64,000 nucleotides of DNA, taken from an uncultured Ruficoccus sp. (lineage in GTDB: Bacteria; Verrucomicrobiota; Verrucomicrobiia; Opitutales; Cerasicoccaceae). The DNA is taken from positions 1-64,000 of the forward strand of contig OZ223511.1 of NCBI GenBank assembly GCA_965140785.1, in the 5' to 3' direction. Below are positions 1 to 9,330 of the stretch, one piece after another; the stretch's first letter is position 1, and every line of letters begins with the position of its first letter. The notes under the pieces were generated by a model, which saw only the letters and a program-made list of their open reading frames with translations, made no database searches and was not told where the DNA came from. A program made the position numbers and the translations under genes.

Positions 1-25
1 TGTCCTTCGTGACCCATTAAACACC

Positions 26-805
26 ATGTCTGATTACTTAAACAAACTTTTCTCCCTCGAAGGTAAAACCGCGGTCGTCATCGGCGGCACGGGCGAACTC
101 TGCGGCGCCATGGCCGAGGGCCTGGCCGGGGCCGGTGCCGAAGTCGTCCTCGTCGGACGCAGCGAGGAAAAAGCCGCCGCCCGGCTGGAGAAACTGCGTG
201 GCTTTCACGGCAAGAGCTACTTCGAGTCCTGCGAGGTCGGCGATGCCGAGGCGCGCACGGACCTGCTCGAGCGCGTCCTGAAAAAGTCCGGGAAGGTGGA
301 CATCCTCGTCAACGGCGCGGGCGTCAACAGCCCGACCCCGTTCTTCGAGATCACCGAAGAGGAGGTCGAGCGCATCCTCGACATCAACTTCAAGTCCCTC
401 TTCGCCTGCTGCCAGATTTTCGGCCGGTACTTCGTCGAGCGCGGCGAAGGCGGTTCGATCATCAACGTCGGCTCCATGTCGGGCGTCATCCCGCTCTCGC
501 GCGTATTCACCTACTCGGCCACGAAGGCCGCCGTGCATAACCTTTCCAAGAACCTCGCCCGCGAATGGGCCCCGCAGAATATCCGCGTCAACACGCTCGT
601 GCCCGGCTTCTTCCCGGCCGAGCAGAACCGCAAGGTCCTCACTCCCGAGCGCGTGGATCAGATCATGGGCCACACCCCGATGAAGCGCTTCGGCGAAGCC
701 CGCGAGTTGATCGGCGCGACCCTCCTGCTCGCCAGCGAGGCCGGCAGCTTCATCACCGGCGCCGAACTGCTGGTGGACGGTGGCTACGCCGCCATGACGA
801 TCTAA
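26..805 (+). CDS. SDR family oxidoreductase, probably D-mannonate oxidoreductase/fructuronate reductase-like
   Basis: GGTGELC Rossmann start, NGAG, YSATK catalytic motif, DGGY C-terminus; sits directly upstream of uxaC. Confidence 0.85.
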   Translation: MSDYLNKLFSLEGKTAVVIGGTGELCGAMAEGLAGAGAEVVLVGRSEEKAAARLEKLRGFHGKSYFESCEVGDAEARTDLLERVLKKSGKVDILVNGAGVNSPTPFFEITEEEVERILDINFKSLFACCQIFGRYFVERGEGGSIINVGSMSGVIPLSRVFTYSATKAAVHNLSKNLAREWAPQNIRVNTLVPGFFPAEQNRKVLTPERVDQIMGHTPMKRFGEARELIGATLLLASEAGSFITGAELLVDGGYAAMTI

Positions 806-814
806 TTTTTAAGA

Positions 815-986
815 GGGTCACGAAGAGCACGAAGGAGACACGAAGACCACGAAGCTTGGTATCTTATTTTTTACCTACGAATCACACACGTGTAAGTTGA
901 TGCTGTATCCAAATTCAAATACCTTATCCCAAAGCCGATCCACCTCCTTCGTGATCTTCGTGTCTTCTTCGTGCCCTTCGTGACCC
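815..986. repeat. Inverted repeat with 40-bp arms, each made of four CACGAAG units, around a 92-bp AT-rich spacer
   Basis: 815-854 versus reverse complement of 947-986: 37/40 identical; the right-arm end CCTTCGTGACCCATT recurs at window positions 4-18. Confidence 0.9.
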
Positions 987-1021
987 ATTTTCCCTTTTCA
1001 TCATCCAACCCGCACCGCCTT

Positions 1022-2436
1022 ATGAAACCCTTCATCCACGACGATTTCCTCCTGCAAACCGAAGCCGCCAAGCGTCTCTATCACGACTACGCCAAGGACG
1101 AGCCGATCTTCGACTACCACTGCCACCTGCCCCCGCAGGACGTGGCCGCTGACCGACGCTTCGCCAACCTCTTCGAGATCTGGCTGGAGGGGGACCACTA
1201 CAAGTGGCGTGCCATGCGCACCAACGGCGTTTCCGAAAAGCTCTGCACTGGCGACGCCGACCCGTACGAGAAGTTCCTCGCCTGGTGCAAGACCGTGCCC
1301 AACACCCTGCGCAATCCGCTCTACCACTGGAGCCACCTGGAGCTGGTGCGCTACTTCGGCATCACCGACCCGATCAACGAGAAGAACGCCCCCGCCATCT
1401 GGGAGGCCGCCAACGCCCGCCTGGCCGAGCCCGACTTCACCGCCAAGGGCATCCTCGACCGCTTTAAGGTCGCCGTGGTCTGCACGACCGACGATCCCGT
1501 TGACACGCTGGAGCACCACCAGGCCATCGCCGCCTCCGGCATCGCGACGAAAATTTACCCGACCTTCCGCCCGGACAAGGCCATGCAGCTCGCCAACCTT
1601 GACGCCTGGAACGGCTGGTGCGACAAGCTCGCGGCGGTTTCCGGGATCGACACCGGCTCCTTCCAGGGGCTGCTCGACGGGATCAAGCAGCGGCACGACT
1701 TTTTCCACAGCCTGGGCGGGCGTCTCTCCGACCACGGCCTGACCTGCTGCCCGGCGGACTTCTGCAACCAGGCCGAGGCTGCGCGGATTTTTGACAAGGC
1801 CCGCGCCCAGCAGGCTGTCACTCCCGAGGAGGAGAACCGCCTCGCTTCCTACCTGATGGTTTACTTCGGCCAGCTCGATGCGGAGAAGGGCTGGACCAAG
1901 CAGCTCCACCTCGGCGCCATGCGCAACAACAACGCCGCCTCCCTGCGCAACCTCGGGCCCGCACGGGCTTCGACTCCATCGGCGACTATCCGCAGGGCGT
2001 CGCGCTCTCGCGTTACCTTGACGCGCTGGCCACTGACGGCTCCCTCCCCAAGGTCGTGCTCTACAACCTGAACCCCGCCGACAACTACCTGTTCGCCACC
2101 ATGATCGGGAACTTCCAGGACGGCACCGTCGCCGGGAAGGTCCAGTTCGGCAGCGGCTGGTGGTTCCTCGACCAGAAGGAGGCCATGGAGTGGCAGATGA
2201 ACGCCCTGGGCAACCTCGGGCTTTTCTCGCGCTTCGTCGGCATGCTGACCGACTCGCGCAGCTTCCTGAGCTATCCGCGCCACGAGTACTTCCGCCGCGT
2301 CATGTGCAACCTCGTCGGTGGCGAAATGGAGCGCGGCGAGTTGCCCGCCGACATGGACCTGGTCGGGGCCATGGTGAAAAACATCAGCTTCGCCAACGCG
2401 CGCAATTACTTTGGGCTGGATGTGGCCATGAGTTAA
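1022..2436 (+). pseudogene. uxaC: Uronate (glucuronate) isomerase with a single-base frameshift at about 1961 (real lesion or sequencing error)
   Basis: [40 protein letters not shown] and [20 protein letters not shown] motifs; GGGCCC-GC-ACG lacks the A that would give conserved [11 protein letters not shown]. Confidence 0.93.
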
Positions 2437-2455
2437 GGCTAACAATGGCGGCGTC

Positions 2456-3169
2456 ATGCGCCGTCTTATCTGTTTATTCCTGCTGCTCGCAGCCCCCTTC
2501 ACGCAGGCCCGCACCTGGACCGATACCCAGGGGCGGACCATGGATGCCGAGGCCGTCTCCTTGCGGGACGACGGCACGGTGAACTTCCGCAAGACCGACG
2601 GGATGCTCTATCCGTTCCCGTTGGCCTCGCTGTGCGAAGCCGACCAGACCTATATCAAGGAGCAGTTCTCCACCGGGCAACTGGAAGCCGCGGCCACCCC
2701 GCTGGAGCCCACCGGCTTCACCTCCTGGCTGGAGATGAACCTGGTGGGCTATAAAAGCGGCAGCCTGCGCCGTGTGCGCGACTCGGATATTTCGCAGGTC
2801 AAGTACATCGCCGTGTACCAGTCGGCGCACTGGTGCCCGCCCTGCCGCAAGTTTACGCCGAAGCTGGTCAAGTTCTACAACCAGCAGAAGCCCAAGCACC
2901 CGAACTTCGAGATCGTCTTCGTCAGCTGCGACCGGGAAGAGGACGCGATGGAGGAGTACATGGAAGTGATGGATATGCCCTGGCCCGCCATCGAGTACGA
3001 CCGCCGCAAAAGCAACCAGGTGGACAAGTCCTGCGGCAACGGCATCCCCTGTCTCATGATCCTCGACCGCGAGGGGAATGTGATCATGGACAGCTACACC
3101 GACGGCGGCGAAAAATACATCGGCCCCACCGCCGTGATGAACCGACTGGCCGAACTCATCGCCGAGTAG
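2456..3169 (+). CDS. Secreted thioredoxin-like (nucleoredoxin/tryparedoxin-type) protein with N-terminal SHD1-like domain
   Basis: Signal peptide; RTWTD..G...A...L..DQ.YI pattern; SAHWCPPCRKFTP active site, FEIVFVS, GIPCL. Confidence 0.8.
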   Translation: MRRLICLFLLLAAPFTQARTWTDTQGRTMDAEAVSLRDDGTVNFRKTDGMLYPFPLASLCEADQTYIKEQFSTGQLEAAATPLEPTGFTSWLEMNLVGYKSGSLRRVRDSDISQVKYIAVYQSAHWCPPCRKFTPKLVKFYNQQKPKHPNFEIVFVSCDREEDAMEEYMEVMDMPWPAIEYDRRKSNQVDKSCGNGIPCLMILDREGNVIMDSYTDGGEKYIGPTAVMNRLAELIAE

Positions 3170-3205
3170 GAGCAATTGCTTCACGGCGGTCAACTCGCCC
3201 GCTTG

Positions 3206-4678
3206 TTAACCCTTTCCGCCTCTGCTCCCGCTGCCGGGCCGGGAGATGGCGCCGGTTTCCGGGGGCGTCGATTCGGCCAGCCGGCCAATCGCCCGGATCA
3301 TGGCGCTGAAGATGTACTTGTGCACCGCGTACAGGCTGTACCAGTAGAGCACACCGGGAAACCCCTGCGGGCGGAAGATCGCGCACTGAACCAGCCGGGT
3401 GCCGTTTTCCTCCGGCCAGGCTTCCCATTGCAGCCAGGCCTGACCGGGCACCTTCATCTCGGCGCGCAGGCGCAGCAAGCGGCCCTCGCGGACTTCCTCC
3501 ACCCGCCAGAAGTCCACCGTCTCGCCGGGCATGAGCTGGGTGGGGTGCCGGCGCCCGCGGCGCAGCCCCGGACCCCCGGCCAGACGGTCCATCCATCCGC
3601 GCAGGCGCCAGGCCCAGTTCATGACGAGCCAGCCCCGCTCACCGCCCAGGCTGCAAAAGGCCCGGAAAGCCTCCTCCGGGGCGGTGCGCACATGCAGCGT
3701 GCGCTCTTCCCGGATCGTGCCCTCCCAATCGACCAGCCGGTAGGTGGGGCCTTCCCCGAGCGCCCCGCTCCAACGGGTTTCGACCGCGCCGTGGGAGATT
3801 TTGTCCAGGGCCAGCTTGACTGCTTCCTCGTAGGCAATCGGCCGGATCTGCGGAAAGTGCTCGCGGGCCCGCCCGGTATCGGCGTGCAGGGGGTGGACGA
3901 TGCCCTTGATCAGTGGGACGGCCAGGTTATTGGGAATCGGCGTGACCAGCCCCACCCAGCGGGCGGCCAGTCCTGGCGTCAGCACCGGTAGCGGGTAGAT
4001 GAACCGCTTGAGCCCGCGCACGCGCGCGTACCCGTGCATCATTTCCTTAAACGTCATCGCCTCGGGCGCTCCGACCTCCACGATGCCCAGCGGCGGCGTC
4101 TGCAAGGCCCCGATCAGGTAGGCCAGAATATCTCGGACGGCGATGGGCTGCACCGGGTTCTTGACCCATTTCGGGGCCACCATGACCGGGAGGCGTTCGG
4201 TCAGGTAGCGTACCATCTCGAAGCTGGCCGAGCCCGACCCGATGATCGGCCCGGCCCGAAATTCCGTCATCGGCAGGCCCTCCCGGAGGATGGCCCCGGT
4301 CTGGGCGCGGCTTTGCAGGTGGCGCGAGGCCTGCGCGCCCTGCGGCATCAGTCCGCCCAGATAAATCGTGTGCGGGATACCCTTCGCCGCCTGCACGAAG
4401 TTATGGGCCGCCGTGCTGTCCCGCTGCTCGAAGTCGTGGCCGCTGCCCATCGAATGGACCAGATAATAGGCCGCCTCGAAGCGGTCGAGCTGCCGCGTCC
4501 ACGCGCCCGCTGCGTCGAGCAGGTCGCCCTGGAGGATGGACACCTGCTCGAACCAGGGGCGGCCCTCAAGGCGTGTCGGGTCCCGGGCCAGCACGGTCAC
4601 CCGGTGTCCGGCATCCAGCAGGCGCGGGGCGAGCCGCCCGCCGATGTAGCCGGTGGCACCGGTCAGGAGAATGTCCAT
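3206..4678 (-). CDS. Atypical SDR/NAD(P)-binding protein with C-terminal DUF2867 (YbjT-like)
   Basis: ILLTGATGYIG, YYLVHSM, IIGSGSASFEM, GGERGW and VDFWRVE motifs. Confidence 0.85.
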   Translation of the reverse strand: MDILLTGATGYIGGRLAPRLLDAGHRVTVLARDPTRLEGRPWFEQVSILQGDLLDAAGAWTRQLDRFEAAYYLVHSMGSGHDFEQRDSTAAHNFVQAAKGIPHTIYLGGLMPQGAQASRHLQSRAQTGAILREGLPMTEFRAGPIIGSGSASFEMVRYLTERLPVMVAPKWVKNPVQPIAVRDILAYLIGALQTPPLGIVEVGAPEAMTFKEMMHGYARVRGLKRFIYPLPVLTPGLAARWVGLVTPIPNNLAVPLIKGIVHPLHADTGRAREHFPQIRPIAYEEAVKLALDKISHGAVETRWSGALGEGPTYRLVDWEGTIREERTLHVRTAPEEAFRAFCSLGGERGWLVMNWAWRLRGWMDRLAGGPGLRRGRRHPTQLMPGETVDFWRVEEVREGRLLRLRAEMKVPGQAWLQWEAWPEENGTRLVQCAIFRPQGFPGVLYWYSLYAVHKYIFSAMIRAIGRLAESTPPETGAISRPGSGSRGGKG

Positions 4679-4760
4679 GCCATCAGCCAATCCAGATTAC
4701 GGGTTTTTGCAATCCAGGACGGCTTATCCGCCTGTGAGGGGGCTGCTGGGGGGTAGGTCG

Positions 4761-6074
4761 TTACTGCCCGACGGCCAGCGGGGTTTCGCCCTTCACTAAT
4801 TCGTCCAGCCACTCCTGCTCCAGTTGGTAAAACGGGCTGTGCGGGTTGAGATCGGTGGATTTGTGGCCGCAGGAAGGCAGCGTGACGAGTTCGACGGGGC
4901 CCTCAATCTCATTGGCGACGGTGAAGACACCGCTGGGCGGGCAGGTCGTATCGGCCAGGCCCAGCCCGATGAAGGTGGGGCACTTGATCATGGGGGCAAA
5001 GTTGACGACATCGTAGTACTCGGCGGCATGGCGGACCTTTTCAGGGTCCTTGCCCTCGGTGGCGTTGTACCACTTGGGCCAGCCAGCGGCGCGCCCGCCG
5101 ACCGGGCCGTTCAGGTCGCACCCGGCGGGAACTCTCGCCAGGGCCGTGGTGACCACGTCGTTGCACAGGGCGGCGGTGACGAGTGTCTGCAACCCGCCCT
5201 GACTGCCGCCGCGCACCACGAGGGTCTCGCCGTCCCAATCCGGACGCTCCTTCAGGTAGCGCACGGCCTGGTAGCAGCTGAGGTACATACGCAGGAAGTA
5301 GCTCGTCTCGCGGTCATCGTTACCGATGCGGGGATAACCGCTGAGGCGGCCTGCCTTCAGCTCGTCGTAAAATTCCTTGGGCTCGTAGATGGGCAGGTCG
5401 TGCGCCAGGATGTTGAGCACCAGCCAGCCCTGGGCGGCGTAGCCCGTCACCCAGTCCTTATGCAGCGGATATACTCCGGCCCATTGCACGATGAGCATGG
5501 CGGGGAGTTTGCCCTCGGCGTCCTTGGGGCGTGCCAACTGGCCGTGGACCTCGGTGCCGCGGATATTGCCGAGGGTGACTTGCCAGAGTTCGACACCGGA
5601 TTTTTCGGAGTCCTCCGGCTTGAGCACGGGATTGAGCGGCACGGCGTCGGCCTCTTTGAGCTTTTCGGCCCAGAAAGCCTCAAAATCCCCGGGGCGGGGC
5701 AGAACCGGTTCCAGCCCCTGCGGGTCGAAGGCCGCGCCGGAGAGGGATTTGTCGATTCCGTCTGCCTCCACGATCAGCAGCAGCGTGCCGGGATCGTCCC
5801 GGGTGGCCGTAAATGTCGCCTCTCCGTCGGTCAACTCGAGGGTGCCCGCCTCCAGCTTGACGAGCCCGTTGGACAAAAGTTGGTACTTGGCGCTTGCGGG
5901 GGCGGATTGTCCGTCTTCCAGGCCCACCGCCTCAATCGTCCAGGTGGCCTCCTCGCCCGGCGAATAAAGGCCCTCTTCGCGGTCCGGGCGGATCTTGAAA
6001 TCAGCCCCCCATGAAGCGGTGCAGAGGACCAGTAGTCCGAGTGGAAGGAAGGATTTAAGACGTGGAGTATACAT
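4761..6074 (-). CDS. Secreted acetylxylan esterase / cephalosporin-C deacetylase (CE7, AXE1-like)
   Basis: Signal peptide; PRPGDFEAFW, GGSQGG nucleophile elbow, DTTCPPSG, C-terminal GH. Confidence 0.8.
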   Translation of the reverse strand: MYTPRLKSFLPLGLLVLCTASWGADFKIRPDREEGLYSPGEEATWTIEAVGLEDGQSAPASAKYQLLSNGLVKLEAGTLELTDGEATFTATRDDPGTLLLIVEADGIDKSLSGAAFDPQGLEPVLPRPGDFEAFWAEKLKEADAVPLNPVLKPEDSEKSGVELWQVTLGNIRGTEVHGQLARPKDAEGKLPAMLIVQWAGVYPLHKDWVTGYAAQGWLVLNILAHDLPIYEPKEFYDELKAGRLSGYPRIGNDDRETSYFLRMYLSCYQAVRYLKERPDWDGETLVVRGGSQGGLQTLVTAALCNDVVTTALARVPAGCDLNGPVGGRAAGWPKWYNATEGKDPEKVRHAAEYYDVVNFAPMIKCPTFIGLGLADTTCPPSGVFTVANEIEGPVELVTLPSCGHKSTDLNPHSPFYQLEQEWLDELVKGETPLAVGQ

Positions 6075-6381
6075 GGGCTAAGAGGTTGTCGGTAAAGGCC
6101 TTAGTGGGCGTTTCTCAAGCGGGAAGTTTTTCCGTAAAAGCTTATTTTGGCCGGAGCATTCCTCCAGGTCAAGCTCCTGCCTGCCGGCTTGGCGGCGATA
6201 CGCTGGGTCCTTCAACTGGGGGGCTGGAAGGCACGGTTGGTCGGGCGGGGACCATTACCCAGGGCTCGCCCGCTGGTGCCGTCAGAGTTTTCCTCGGGGG
6301 CTTCTCTGCGTTTTTGGGGGAGGGCCACATTCCGTGGCAGACGCGCAAGCTTTTCGCCTGCAAGCTCATGCGTTAAAAAAA

Positions 6382-6459
6382 TGGTCGGGCTGAGAGGATT
6401 CGAACCTCCGACCCCTACACCCCCAGTGTAGTGCGCTAACCAGACTGCGCTACAGCCCG
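6382..6459 (-). tRNA. tRNA-Pro (anticodon GGG)
   Basis: Minus strand reads CGGGCTGTAGCGCAGTCTGGTTAGCGCACTACACTGGGGGTGTAGGGGTCGGAGGTTCGAATCCTCTCAGCCCGACCA: cloverleaf, GTTCGAATC T-loop, encoded CCA. Confidence 0.97.
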
Positions 6460-6713
6460 CGACCAAAAGGGGAACAATTGCAAAGATTATCCCGCTGTCA
6501 AAGAGAAAAATGCTGATATCTGCGCCGTCCCCCCCCCGGCGGCTAAAAATAGGGGCCGTTCTGCGTGCCGGAATTGTAAAATTGTGACGATCAATACTTG
6601 ACGCTGTTACATCTATTTTACAGGCGACTGCCGATAATGGTGTTGCATTTCGGTCGCAACAAGGGCATTCTCCACACTTCAAAAAACGCAAAAACTCTGC
6701 CATCATCCCTCTC

Positions 6714-7787
6714 ATGAAAACCACATCGACGCTGTTCACCGCACTCGGCCTGCTCTCCGCAGCCACTCTCACCGCCTCGGCTGAGACCGCCTACACCCCC
6801 CCCGTCATGGCCGCCAGCACGGAGCTGGGAGCGGAGTACTCGGTGCTCGGGATTAATGCCCTGAACCCGATTGAGGCGACAGGCGTGATCGACTCGATCG
6901 GGAGCGTGGACGGAAATGGTTTTACCACTTTGAATGTTTCCAACGTTCCTTCGGAATGGGCCACTCATGATTATGATAATCAAGGTGGTGTAGTTGAATT
7001 CAATTTCCGGGACGTTCCTCTCTATTATGCGGAAATCACTTCTGGCGACAAGGAAGGCCAAATTCTCGATATCGTCGCTACCGGTGCCGGTTCGGGCGCG
7101 ACATTAAAAGTCGGAGCCGACTTGACCGGGATGGATGCGGCTTTTGAAAACTCTACTTTTTCTATTCGCCGTAAGCACACTATTGCCTCTGTTTTCGGAG
7201 AAAACAATGAAACTGGACTCCAAGGTGGGCCGGATTACAAAACCTCTGATATCATATACAATCTCTTTGGGGAAGATTTTGAGAACATCTATTATCAGGA
7301 TGCCGATGGTGATGCTTTTGATGGATGGCGGATTTTGGGCGACCCTTTCACTGATGTGAGCGACGCATGCGTCGACCCTGATTTTGGTCTTATTGTGTAC
7401 CGACGGGGCACAACACCCATTAATTATGTTAGTGTCGGTGATGTTAAGCTTGGTGAAGCTCGTTCGACCATAAGTCGGGGATACAATCCTATGATTATGA
7501 AATTTCCTGTCTCTATGACACTGGGGAGCTGTGGGCTATCTGAGGTATTGGATGCTGGGGCTGAGTATAAAACTGCTGACCTTGTGTATCTCTTAGATGG
7601 TACTGATTTTTATACCTACTACTATCAGGATGCCGATGGCGATGCTTTTGATGGTTGGAGGCTAATCGGCGATCCATTTACTGAGCAGTCATCGGTTGAT
7701 ATTCCCTCAGGTTCGGTTGTCATTGTTTATAGAAGAAGTGAAAATCCTGTTATCTGGACAAAAGAGCAACCGTTCGTCATAGAATAA
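6714..7787 (+). CDS. Secreted acidic beta-rich surface protein with internal ~110-aa duplication (resembles verrucomicrobial TIGR02597-type proteins)
   Basis: Signal peptide ending ASA-ETAYTPPV; YYQDADGDAFDGWR(IL/LI)GDPFT occurs twice; the family assignment is recollection, not a search result. Confidence 0.65.
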   Translation: MKTTSTLFTALGLLSAATLTASAETAYTPPVMAASTELGAEYSVLGINALNPIEATGVIDSIGSVDGNGFTTLNVSNVPSEWATHDYDNQGGVVEFNFRDVPLYYAEITSGDKEGQILDIVATGAGSGATLKVGADLTGMDAAFENSTFSIRRKHTIASVFGENNETGLQGGPDYKTSDIIYNLFGEDFENIYYQDADGDAFDGWRILGDPFTDVSDACVDPDFGLIVYRRGTTPINYVSVGDVKLGEARSTISRGYNPMIMKFPVSMTLGSCGLSEVLDAGAEYKTADLVYLLDGTDFYTYYYQDADGDAFDGWRLIGDPFTEQSSVDIPSGSVVIVYRRSENPVIWTKEQPFVIE

Positions 7788-7824
7788 AACTATTTTACAT
7801 CGATCAAATCCAATTACATTTGTT

Positions 7825-8487
7825 ATGAGTATGCGTTCGTTTTTACTTTTAGCCTTTCTGCTAGTGGCTGCTGGCTACGGCTATGCCCAGGATAAAACAA
7901 ATATTGTCTGGGGTGATCCTAATTTCACAACAGGCAATTATTACCTGTTGGGTGATTCTAATGAAAACTTATACGTGAGCGATGCGATGATTGCTATCGG
8001 ATATTTTCAATCCGGTTTCAACGTGAATTCGAATGCTCAGGATACACAAGCATTGTATGATTCCTTCACTGTGCTGGCGACCAGTTTGATTGGTGAAAAC
8101 ATTAATGGGTATGCTACTGGCTCTGTCACTGTCAATGCCCCTGAAGGGGCTGATGTCGTTAATAAAACCATATATTACTTTGTTTTGAAGGGAGCCACCA
8201 CTTATGACGAAGCCAGCGTAGTAGGAGTTTCCGAGTATGCAATTCTCTCAGATAGCAGTTGGGGGACGGTACCTCAAGGTACTAGCCCGTCGGCTTACAT
8301 TTATGATATTCAGAGAGTAAACCTTGATACCGTCGTATACGGGGAAGTTGTAAACGGAGCTGGCCAAGGAACGGGTAACCTCTACAAGACCGCCCAACAA
8401 GTTCCCGAGCCGGGTTTTTATGCGGCGGGGTTGGGGATTGTGGCCTTGCTGGTGGTGGAGTTGCGGCGTCGCCGGAAGACCGCCTGA
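7825..8487 (+). CDS. PEP-CTERM sorting-domain surface protein
   Basis: N-terminal signal peptide; C-terminal VPEPG, hydrophobic helix and RRRRK. Confidence 0.9.
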   Translation: MSMRSFLLLAFLLVAAGYGYAQDKTNIVWGDPNFTTGNYYLLGDSNENLYVSDAMIAIGYFQSGFNVNSNAQDTQALYDSFTVLATSLIGENINGYATGSVTVNAPEGADVVNKTIYYFVLKGATTYDEASVVGVSEYAILSDSSWGTVPQGTSPSAYIYDIQRVNLDTVVYGEVVNGAGQGTGNLYKTAQQVPEPGFYAAGLGIVALLVVELRRRRKTA

Positions 8488-8591
8488 GTCCGTTTAGGGG
8501 GCAGGTGCTAGTCTGATGGGCGGGGGCGGAGCGCTCTTTGCTCCGACGGCACGAAGAAGCCAACCCAGCCGATTTCATGAACCTTTTTTTC

Positions 8592-8620
8592 ATCCCCGTC
8601 CCGGTGGCGGGGATTTTTTA
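8592..8620 (+). terminator. Probable intrinsic terminator after the PEP-CTERM gene
   Basis: ATCCCCG...CGGGGAT stem followed by a T run. Confidence 0.6.
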
Positions 8621-8629
8621 TGGCCGAGG

Positions 8630-8663
8630 TGCAACTTTCCCGTTCGTGTCTGCAACTTTCCCG
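8630..8663 (+). promoter_or_regulatory. 13-bp direct repeat TGCAACTTTCCCG with 21-bp period upstream of gspG
   Basis: Exact copies at 8630-8642 and 8651-8663; regulatory role is inferred. Confidence 0.45.
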
Positions 8664-8795
8664 CGCGGGGCTTGTTCTAGCCATAGACGGAATGGTATCC
8701 GCTCAGCCAGTTAGAACTTGGATTTCTCCGCCGAGACGGTAGAGAATAACAGGTGCCGTTATCCCGGCTGCATTTCGACCCTCCGTTTAATTCCC

Positions 8796-9248
8796 ATGAC
8801 TACTAACCGACTTCCTTCGTCCGCCGTTACTGCCGGAACCCGTCCGGCGCGTCGCGGTTTTACCCTGATTGAAATTATGATCGTGATCGCCCTGATCGGC
8901 ATGCTGGCCGGGGCGAGCATTTTCTCGCTCAACCGGATGTTCGGGGGCGGGCAGGAGAGCATCGCGCAGAGCTTTGTGGACACGACGGGGCTGCAGGCGC
9001 TGATGGCCTACCGGATCCACATGGGCTCGTACCCGACGACGGAGCAGGGCCTGGCCGCCCTGCGCACCGCCCCGGGCAACGCCGGCAGCCGCTGGAAGGG
9101 CCCGTACCTGACGAAGGACCCGCTCGACCCCTGGAACAACCCGTACCAGTACCGCCAGCCCGGCATTCACAACAAGGACGGCTTCGACCTGTGGTCCTTC
9201 GGCCCGGACGGCAAGGAAGGCGGCGACGACATCGGCAACTGGGAATAG
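8796..9248 (+). CDS. gspG: Type II secretion major pseudopilin GspG
   Basis: RRG/FTLIEIMIV prepilin site; YPTTEQGLAAL, WKGPYL, DPWNNPYQY, SFGPDG..GGDDIGNW. Confidence 0.95.
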   Translation: MTTNRLPSSAVTAGTRPARRGFTLIEIMIVIALIGMLAGASIFSLNRMFGGGQESIAQSFVDTTGLQALMAYRIHMGSYPTTEQGLAALRTAPGNAGSRWKGPYLTKDPLDPWNNPYQYRQPGIHNKDGFDLWSFGPDGKEGGDDIGNWE

Positions 9249-9330
9249 CGGCGTTGCCCGCCCGGCTGCCCTGAGCCGCCCCGCGGGGTCATTTTTCGCA
9301 ATCATCCGACAACCTTTTTCCTCCCTTGCT

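Noticed and set aside
815..986. CRISPR array
   Set aside because: Units are 9-11 bp with no unique spacers, the arms are inverted, and no cas genes are present.
1951..1975. Programmed frameshifting in uxaC (and likewise ccoO)
   Set aside because: No slippery heptamer or stimulatory structure; two isolated single-base deletions in intact genes fit sequencing error better.
6075..6381. Riboswitch or ncRNA between tRNA-Pro and the esterase
   Set aside because: No recognisable conserved motif, and the short ORFs there look spurious.
7291..7690. Diversity-generating retroelement TR/VR pair
   Set aside because: Both copies are within one ORF, differences are mostly synonymous rather than adenine-specific, and there is no reverse transcriptase in the window.
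6382..8487. Integrative island at tRNA-Pro
   Set aside because: The low-GC DNA lies on the 5' side of the tRNA; no integrase or duplicated tRNA 3' end was seen.
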